In this document: piece after piece, positions 56,043 to 64,000 of the stretch | Layout of the letters: each line of letters begins with the position of its first letter | Position numbering within the stretch: the stretch's first letter is position 1 | NCBI GenBank assembly: GCA_001179505.1 | Contig: CDMY01000635.1 | Location: 62,001 to 126,000 of the forward strand | Direction of reading: 5' to 3' | Origin: Vitrella brassicaformis CCMP3155 | Taxonomy: Eukaryota; Protista; Chromerida | Length of the DNA: 64,000 nucleotides | The notes under the pieces: generated by a model | Seen by the model: the letters and a program-made list of their open reading frames with translations, nothing else | Database searches by the model: none | What the model was told of the DNA's origin: nothing | Made by a program: the position numbers and the translations under genes

Positions 56043-58363
56043 TGTCGTCAGGATGACTACGACAGGGTCTGTCGTGCCAAGAAGGAGCTCTTCAACGCCA
56101 TGAAGAAGCTATGGGCGGCGCAGAAGGCCCACGAGCAGCGGTACGGCGACCTGCCCGAGGAGTCGCGGCCCGCGCCGCCGATCCCCAAGCCCCACTTCCC
56201 CTCCTACTACGTGCGCCGACACGGGCAGCTCAAGCCCGATGGCCCCTCGGGCAAGCCGCGGTCCGCAGACCCGTGCATAGTGCCCGATGGCGGGTTGAAT
56301 CGGGCGGAGGAACTCGCCAAGGCGCTGCCCACACAGATGGTCAGTCAGTCGGTTAACAAAAGACACAAGGAGTGGAGGGAGTGGACGGGGGTCGTGTTGG
56401 GCGTGCAGTGCACCTGACGTTGTGTGTGGTGTTGTGTGTGTGTGGTGTGTGCAGCATGAGTTCATCGAGGAACTAGATAGGTACCGGTACGAGACCAAGC
56501 CCAACTACGCCCGCCTTCGGTGCGTCCGTCCTCAGACCACCCACACAGACACACACAGCACAAGGCGGCCGCGTCACTCACTCGCCCGTTGTCTGTGCCT
56601 TCTGCGCCTGCCTGCCTGTCTGTCTGTCTGTCTGCCCGCCTGCCTTCATCACATCAGGGGCCTTCTGTTGTCGATGCTTGAGGAGTATTCTCATGGCGAG
56701 GGTGTGGCGGGCTGGGACGTAACTCGCGAGTTCGGCCCCAACCTTTACTGGCAGGCCGGCAAAAAGGAGGCCGAATTGTGGGACCGGTTCACCAAGGAGC
56801 AGCAGCGCCGCAAACAACAGCAGGTAGGGTACACCAGCCAGCCAACCCCACACACAACAACCCCCCCCCTCCCCCCAACACATGCACACATGGATGGATG
56901 GCCGTGTGTCCGCCACATTCATTCCCACACATGTCCTGTCCTCCTGTGTGCTTTGACCCTGTTCGTTTCCTCAGGCTCGCCCACCCGCGCCTGCCCGCCC
57001 CACGCCCCCACCCCTCGCGCCCTCACCCCCTATGCGTCAGCGAGACATCCGTGACCTCCTCCCACCAGCCCCAGCCCCAGCCCCAGCCCCAGCAGCAGCA
57101 GCAGCGGCAGGAGGCAAGAAGCGCCAGATACCCGTTGTGGTGCTCGACGAGAGCGACGACGAGACCCCTCCGCAGAAAAAACAGCGCGGCAACGACAGGG
57201 AGCCTAAGCGGGGCAAGGACAGGGGCAACGGAGGCCAGGGCCAGGGACAGGGACAGCGCAGGGAGAGGGGCGAGCCAGCTGCCGCTGCTGCAGCAGCGGC
57301 AGCGGCAGCGGCAGCTCCTCCTGCTCCACCCAACATGCCATCGGTCATCATATTGGACCACGACCCCATAGCAGCGGAGGCCCCGGCCCCTCCAGCCCCA
57401 CCGCAGTTGCCACTCGTCCCTCCTGCTGCTGCTGCTGCAGCGGCGGCGGCTGCTGCCCCAGCCTTGCGGTTGGGTGTGAGTCCCAAGCCAAAGCCGCTCA
57501 TCAGTCCCGGCAGCGATGCCGAGATGGCCCAGCCCCACCAGCTGCAGCAGGGCCTCCTTGCCCTCCCGTACTCGCCGCAGGCGTACCCACTTGTACCAGC
57601 TGGGGGGCAGCAGGGAGCAGGTTTTGGTGGAGGTGGTATCGGCGGGGCTGGGCAGGGCGAGCGTGACGTTAGCATGAGCCCGCGAGGCGGCCGTGGAGGC
57701 CGTGTGGATGGTGACGTGTTGATGGCGGACCGTGTTGGTGGGCGAGCGTTGGTGTTAGCGGACAAGAGCCCCGTCGCCATGTGAGCAGGGAGGCTGGGTG
57801 GGTGGGTGGAGGGGCAAAAGGGATGTATGCGATGCATCCATCCATCTATCCATCGATACGATAGATACATGTACGCCGCATACATGACACGCATGGGCCG
57901 ATTGTGTTTGTGTGTGCACTGCAGGCCGGCCCCTGCAGCAGCTGCAGCACCTGCACCCATCCTATCGCATCAGCACCAGCAGCGTGGCGAGCCAGCCAAC
58001 GGCGGGCACCCCGTCGGGCCGGGCGGCGGCCTGCGTGTCAGCCCTCGCATCCAGAAGAAGCAGGACCGCCAGCAGCACCAGCAACAATTGCGTGAGGAGT
58101 TCGGTGACGGGCCCATCTGCATTGACTTGCTGGACGACTCGGACGAAGACGGATCCCTGCCGGCCGCAGCGGCAGCTTCACCAGCAGCAGCAGCAGCAGC
58201 AGCAGGAGGGGGTGCAGAGGAGGACAAGGGCCCTGCAGATCGACAGGTGGCGCCGGTCATCTCGCCCCGTGGTCGGCGTGCGGCCCGGCGCGGCCATGAG
58301 CGTGCATTTGGCGGCCATGCCGACGGGGGCGGGCCGATGTGCATCTCTATTGACTCAGAATAA
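54363..58363 (+). CDS. CK1-group (TTBK-like) protein kinase with a low-complexity tail carrying multiple SUMO-interacting-type motifs, multi-exon
   Basis: 'GTLGNGAFGSVY', 'LAVK', 'MELLGDSL', 'HRDIKPCN', 'DLGMAK', 'FCGTSYFASLNTH', 'GRLDDLYSL..ELPW', 'KPNYARLR'. Confidence 0.85.
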
Positions 58364-59148
58364 GAATAGTGGAGGGCGGATCAGTGTTGGAGAGAGAGAG
58401 AGTTGAGGTTGGTTGTTTGTTGAGATTGAGAGGCACGAGAGAGGGAGAGAGTTGAGGTTGGTTGTTGGTGGAGAGTGAGAGGCACGGCAGACAGACAGAC
58501 AGACGTTCATTCATTCATTGCACACATCACATGCATCCGCGAGCCAGGTATAGCAAAGCGGATGCTGGTGCGTGCGTCTGTCTGCCGGTGTATTTGAAGC
58601 GTCCATCCCTCTATGAAATCAAAGGTGGATGGATGGGTGGCTGCAATTTTGCGGTTTGGAGGAGCGAGGGGCGATATATTCGGACACAACAGACGTGTCT
58701 GTTTGTTGGGGTGAGGAGGGGAGGGGACACACCGACCCACTCACTCCATGTACCGTACGTACCTCTATCTATCTCTTGTCTACCCACCTATCATTCTCTG
58801 TGTACACGTATATAACTACCCCTCACTGTATGTATTGCATCACATTTCATTGCATTCCATTCCATTGCATTGCACGGCATTGGATGGCTTTGCGCCGCGC
58901 CTGAGGTGCCCTTTGTGTGCCTCTCGTGCAGTGCACTGCAGGGCCGTGCTGTGCCGTGCCGCCCGTGCGTGTGTTCGCGCTTCATGAGTGCATGCAGGGA
59001 GACACTTTTTCGATTTGCATACTCACAGACTGACAGACAGACAGACAGACAGACAGATTTCGTCGGTGCCTGCCTGCCTGCCTCATTTAAGAGCAACTTG
59101 CCAATTACTCGTCAGTCAGTCGCACGCACCATCCGTCCATCGGACCCA

Positions 59149-60688
59149 CTAACGTCTCAACCCACACCGTCTCCTGATCTCGAAGAGATGCAGGTCAGCA
59201 TTAGGATGAAGACCTTGAACGACATCACGCGACACCTGCCCACACATGTGACCTCAATGGCACACCGCCGTGCTGCTGGCTGCCTCTCTCTGACCTCATC
59301 AACGGTGAATCGTTCCCTCAGCAGGGCCATAAAGGTCTCGTACTTATCAACAAACCTACACACACAGCCAGACAGAAACCCATACACATCACATCGACAG
59401 TCTGTCGACAGCAGGCTTTTTGACCGTATTACCGTATCCTCATGGTGAGTATGATTCGGGTGGCAGGAGTGGATGCATCAGGCGACGGACGGCACAGGCG
59501 ATCAAGAGTGTCCACCAACAGGCCGAAATCCTCCTGCACCAGCCATCAAGAAGGGCAGGACGGATGTCGATGGCAGGCAGGTGCGCTGCACACGGATTGT
59601 ATGCAATCAATTCTCACCTCTTGATAGACGAGATCCGAGCACAGGATGAGCGACGGGGGAGAGGTGGGACTACAGGCGTCAATGTCACTGCCTCCCTCAT
59701 CAGACCCACCTCCACGTGCCCTTCGGTGCAATGACTTCAGAGCCGATTCCATCTGGTCACACTCACCCCTGAACTCACCACAACACAAACACACATACAG
59801 AGATGAGAAGCGCTTGCCTTGCAAGGGTTTGCAATGCATCACACACTGACCAGGACAACTCCGCGGCCGTGCAGTCGAATGGCTCGTTATCCGTTGTGGC
59901 CCGCCCCGCCTGACGCACCCTCTGCTGCAGCTCGATGTTAGCATCCATCAGCGGCACCAGCTTGCGGATGTCCGTCAGCACGGTCACATAACCTGACACA
60001 ACACATTAGACACTACACACACGTCGACAAGTGCGCAAACACATCGGCCAGCCGATGTGCCCTCCCTCCCTTGGGGTACCTACCGATGGATGCGGCGACG
60101 ATGCCTGGCAGGCCCACACCGGCGCCCAGCTCGACGCATGTGGGGCGGGGCGATTCAGGTGGAAATCTCTCGCCGCTGCTGGCCTTGCTGGGGTACCGAT
60201 AGAGGTATCTTGACAGGAGAAGGGCGGCATCCCACAGCAAGCCACCTACACAGCACACAATAGATAGACAACGAAGCATCGCAAGCGAACGCATACAGTA
60301 CCCTGCGCTCGGTGCTGCATGCCGCTGACCTACCTTTGCCGAGTCGGAAGTTCTGCCTGACAGACACCACACACCAGAGCATCATCACACAGCATTGGAC
60401 TACCTTAATTGCCTTTGTTTCCATCCATCATTCTCACGCACCTGACGAAGTAGCTGGCATCCGGCGCAATGTCACACCCTGCATATATCGTGTGGCACCA
60501 AGAGATAGAGGACAACAAGCACCTCTTGTCATGCATGTCTACTCTGTTCATGTCATTCTTCCCTTACTCAGCAGCCGGTGGCTGGCGAATCGGTAGTCAT
60601 CGTAGACCTCGTAGGCCGCCGGATCAAACACAGCCGCCTCCTGCAAGAGTGAAGTCAACTCATCGCCTGACGCAGGAAGATCATTCAT
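59149..60688 (-). CDS. METTL21/METTL23-type (family 16) SAM-dependent protein lysine methyltransferase, multi-exon
   Basis: 'GGLLWDAALLLSRYL', motif I 'CVELGAGVGLPGI', 'VTVLTD', 'SDLVY'; start MNDLPASG inferred at 60688, stop 59149-59151. Confidence 0.85.
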
Positions 60689-60833
60689 GACGATGGTTTC
60701 TTTGCTATAGACAATGAGTCATTTGCTACGCTGCACGATTCATAGTGTCAACAACACTGCCGATTACCAAGGAGATCTTCCGCTGGAGCAAGCTAAGCTC
60801 GCAGGCTGGTAGATCTTCGCCGCTTCCTCAACG
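60689..60833. promoter_or_regulatory. Bidirectional promoter spacer with TAAGCTCGCA (60794-60803)
   Basis: Recurrent motif in a 145-bp divergent spacer. Confidence 0.6.
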
Positions 60834-61874
60834 ATGTCACTCTGCAACTATGTAATAGCCTTGGCGGTTTCTGCCGTCCTTGATGGAATTGTAGCATTCA
60901 GATGTGATGACCATCTCCCGCCAGGCTCGGTGCCTTCCATTGCCTTTCACCAGCCCATGACAGCGATGCACACCAGAGCCCGTCTGCAGAGGAACAGCAA
61001 GAGGCCGCTGAGGCGCCTGGCTTCCTCCCCTTCAACATCAGTGACCAGGGAGCAGGATGCAAGAGCTGCTGCTGAGAGCAGACCTGCAGTGCCATACGCA
61101 GAGATCCAGCATGCAGGTGAGGTGGCTAACATAACAGAAATGGAATGAATTGAATGCACAGGCAGCGTTTGGCATCGGGTTGGTTGTTGTTTGTCATGTC
61201 AGGTGTGCTGTGTTCGGACACGCCTGCGGCCCTTGAGTTCTACACGAGGGTGTTGGGCATGGCGAATGAGACCCATCTGAGGCCAACGACACTCCCATAC
61301 CCCGGTGGGGTACTGTACACACAACACACATCATGACCTGATGCACAAACGGACGGATGTGGGAGTGGTCTATGATTGCCGGCCGGTATGGCTCCGGTTC
61401 CATGCTGTTTGTTGGTGTGTGCAGGTGCGTTTGTGCGTGTTGGGTCGAATCAGATTCACTTGATGGAGCTGCCAAACCCGGACCCCACAGAGGGGAGACC
61501 TGACTACCCTGCACGGTAGGTATGCTGGGCCACAGATGAAGAAGACCAACACTGACTCGTGTGTGTCTGTGTGTCTGTCTGTCAGGGACCGACACATAGC
61601 GATCAGTGTGTACGATTTGATGCCGCTGAAGGAGAGGCTCGACGAACATGACGTCAAATACAGAATGTCAAGGTGAGAGCAGAGGTGGCCACACTTCATT
61701 CATCACATAATTACACGAGGATGAAGCGAAGCAGCTGTCCTCATTGTGCGTGCCGTGTGTTGTGTTTCCAGCTCCGGTCGTCCTGCCCTGTTCACCAGAG
61801 ATCTCGACGGCAACGGGTTGGAGTTTATTCAGGTGGATCTTACTGAGAGGCAGCTTTATTCTGGGGATAGCTAG
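60834..61874 (+). CDS. VOC/glyoxalase I-like (lactoylglutathione lyase family) protein with signal peptide plus putative plastid transit peptide, multi-exon
   Basis: Spliced 'IQHAG-VLCSD..ALEFYTRVLG', 'QIHLMELPNPDP', 'RDRHIAISV', 'SGRPALFTRDLDGNGLEFIQ'; leader 'MSLCNYVIALAVSAVLDGIVAF'. Confidence 0.85.
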
Positions 61875-62206
61875 CTAGATTGATGGGTTAGTTGTCTGTC
61901 TGCGGGGGAGGGAGGGACCGAGAGATATGGGATGGATGACGTCGAATGCGCGTTTTTCAGTGTTCGGAGTGACTGAGTGAGTGAGAGTGGGACACTACAC
62001 TGTGAAGGTGGCGTTGTTAATTGCAATGGCCCAACGCTGTCACGTCCCTCACACGTGTCTGTACTGCATGTACACCGACAGACATCTACGAACGCAACAC
62101 AATCAAGCAGTGAAAGGATAGGATGCACCATACATACCATGCCCCCAACCCCCCCCACACACAAATGCAGCCAGCACTAATCCACAGCAACCCACCAGCC
62201 AGCCCT

Positions 62207-62988
62207 TCACAGATCCGCCAGACCAGACGCCTCACTCCCCTCCTCTCCCTGCCCTCCCCCATCAGCTGCCCTACACAGCTCCAGCAGCCGCGCAATCTTC
62301 TCACGCTCGCTCGACGTGAAGAAGCCCTTCAGCCGACGCACACTCGACATCCCTCCGATGACCCTCACGTATTCTGCAATGGCCTTTGCAGTGCTGCCGC
62401 CATCATCATCGCCAGGCCTCTCTTGTTGCTCGAGGCGGCCGAGGAAGACAAACAGCAGGTCGGTGAGGAACTGCGAGTCAATGCGGGCGCCCATGGCCGC
62501 GGCAAACGTCGATGTGGGAATGCCGAGAATGTACCTGTACACAACAGAACGAGCAGTCAGCCAGCCGACCACAAGGTTTGTTCCATGTCAATGTGCATGC
62601 ATTGCATGGCCGTGACGGCTGGCCCAGCCTACTTGAGTTTCTCTTGGTCGCCTCGCATGCGCCTCCAGTCGGTGTCGATGGTCGATGCACTAGCAGATCC
62701 TCGCTCCCTCCCAGCGGATGCAGTCGTCAGGGCCGCCCCTCTCGCAGACGCATCCCCACTTTCTCCCCTGGCAGCAGTGGCATCGTTGTGGCAGCGGTTG
62801 AATGCGAATTTGGGTGGCGCGTTGATGGCGTCCGGTCCGAGAGGGTTGAGGTGTGCGGTGGCGACGAAGTTTTTGAACTCATCGTAGCTGCGGGCCTGGT
62901 AGATGGCCCTCTTCTTCATGTTGTCGGTCCGCTGGTGGTTCTCGTCGCGGCCAACAGCCGCTCTCACCTCTTTCTTCACCCTCTCCAT
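62207..62988 (-). CDS. CCDC103: CCDC103/DNAAF19-like dynein attachment factor (Dynein_attach_N + RPAP3_C-like), 2 exons
   Basis: 'DNMKKRAIYQARSYDEFKNFVATAHLNPL' and a C-terminal 'DTDWRRM..IDSQFLTDLL..' helical domain; intron ~62538-62632. Confidence 0.75.
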
Positions 62989-63130
62989 CTCTCCTGCTTG
63001 TGCTTCCTCCCTCTAGCGCGCAAGTCTTCAACGGTCAACGGCAAGTTTGAAGCCCTCCACAACTCAGGCTCACTCACTAAAGAGTTCTACCCCGGTCGTG
63101 CTGCCCCTCGCTGCAACAACAACAGACGCA
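62989..63130. promoter_or_regulatory. Bidirectional promoter spacer with variant motif TAGCGCGCA (63014-63022)
   Basis: One mismatch from TAGCTCGCA in a 142-bp divergent spacer. Confidence 0.4.
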
Positions 63131-64000
63131 ATGGAGACCGCAGACAGGAGTCTCAGAAGCGACAGCGGACGGCCATGCCATCGGCGCCCCAGGCGTCTTT
63201 TCAGCGCTGCAGGGGCTGCCCTTGTCATCATCCAGTGTGCGTGCCACGTGGTGTTTGGCGATGCTTCATATGCAGGCTGGTCCTTCTACGACCTGCTGCA
63301 GATTGACAGGTATGCAAGGGTATGCAAGGGCTTCAGCGGCGGCCCATGTGTTGATTCTGTGCATGTGTGTGCGGTTGCAGGTCGGCCGAGTCGTCACACA
63401 TCAAGAAGCAGTTCCGGCGGCTGTCTCTCGAGTACCACCCGGACCAGTATGATGGCCCGGGCGACTCCACTGCCCTCTTCAGGGACATCAAGGAGGCCTA
63501 TGAGACGCTCAAGGACCCTGCAAAGCGGTCAGTGGTTGCTGCTGTGCTGTGGTGTGCTGCGGTGTGATGTGATGTGGGTGTGTCATGGCTGCAGGCGTCT
63601 GTACGACAGCTACGGGGGCGACCAGGTGATGTACCAGTCGATGGTGGAGTACTTTGAGGAGCTCCAGAGGCACAACGTGGTGGAGCTGTACGCCTACAAA
63701 CCATCAGTGGCCATCCTCTACTCCGGCAACATCGACAACATCGTCGCCAACTCACCGCACATATGGGTTGGGGGGGGGGATGCTTTGAATGAAGGACGTT
63801 TGAACCAAGTCGATGTGGCATGCATGGTGTGCGTGTGTTAACTGCAGCTGGTCACCTTCTACCACTCCAACTGCGGTGGCTGCCGTAGTGCGGTAGGTAT
63901 GCCTGTACGCACCATCAGAGAGCAAAGGGGTTTGGGGGGGAGGCGCCACTTGCTGCATGTGCGTGCGTGTTTGTTTGTGTGTGTGTGTGTGCAGGTGACA
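63131..64000 (+). CDS. DnaJ + thioredoxin-domain ER protein (ERdj5/DNAJC10- or DNAJC16-like), 5' part only
   Basis: Hydrophobic leader 'AAGAALVIIQCACHVVFG'; J-domain 'SFYDLLQID..IKKQFRRLSLEYHPDQ..IKEAYETLKDP'; thioredoxin 'HIW-LVTFYHSNCGGC'. Confidence 0.85.

Overview
Eukaryotic, GC-rich, intron-dense genomic DNA with introns full of microsatellites ((GT)n, (GACA)n, (GGAT)n). It has plastid-type bipartite leaders and a ciliary dynein assembly gene, which by inference points to a photosynthetic alveolate (chromerid, Vitrella-like). Three 300-N scaffold gaps lie at 57-356, 33061-33360 and 40157-40456. About 20 protein-coding genes can be read: an ATR-like PIKK, a CCD/ACO carotenoid oxygenase, a GalT/HIT nucleotidyltransferase, a CYTH-like protein, a folate-receptor-domain protein, an HPD-less DnaJ, a Brahma/Snf2 remodeller, a RING protein, an Ank-TPR-J protein, an Ank-TPR protein, a TTBK/CK1-like kinase, a METTL21-type methyltransferase, a VOC/glyoxalase, CCDC103, a DnaJ-thioredoxin protein and several unknowns. 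The most striking signal is regulatory. Eighteen of the genes form nine head-to-head pairs with only about 140-290 bp between inferred start codons. Eight of the nine spacers carry the motif (T)AAGCTCGC(A) (12 exact AGCTCGC copies) and the ninth has a one-mismatch copy; in three spacers it co-occurs with AAACCCT/AGGGTTT telo-boxes. There is also a near-perfect 45-bp-stem hairpin at 43433-43530 in intergenic DNA. All family assignments come from motif recognition by eye with no database search, and exon boundaries and start codons are inferred.
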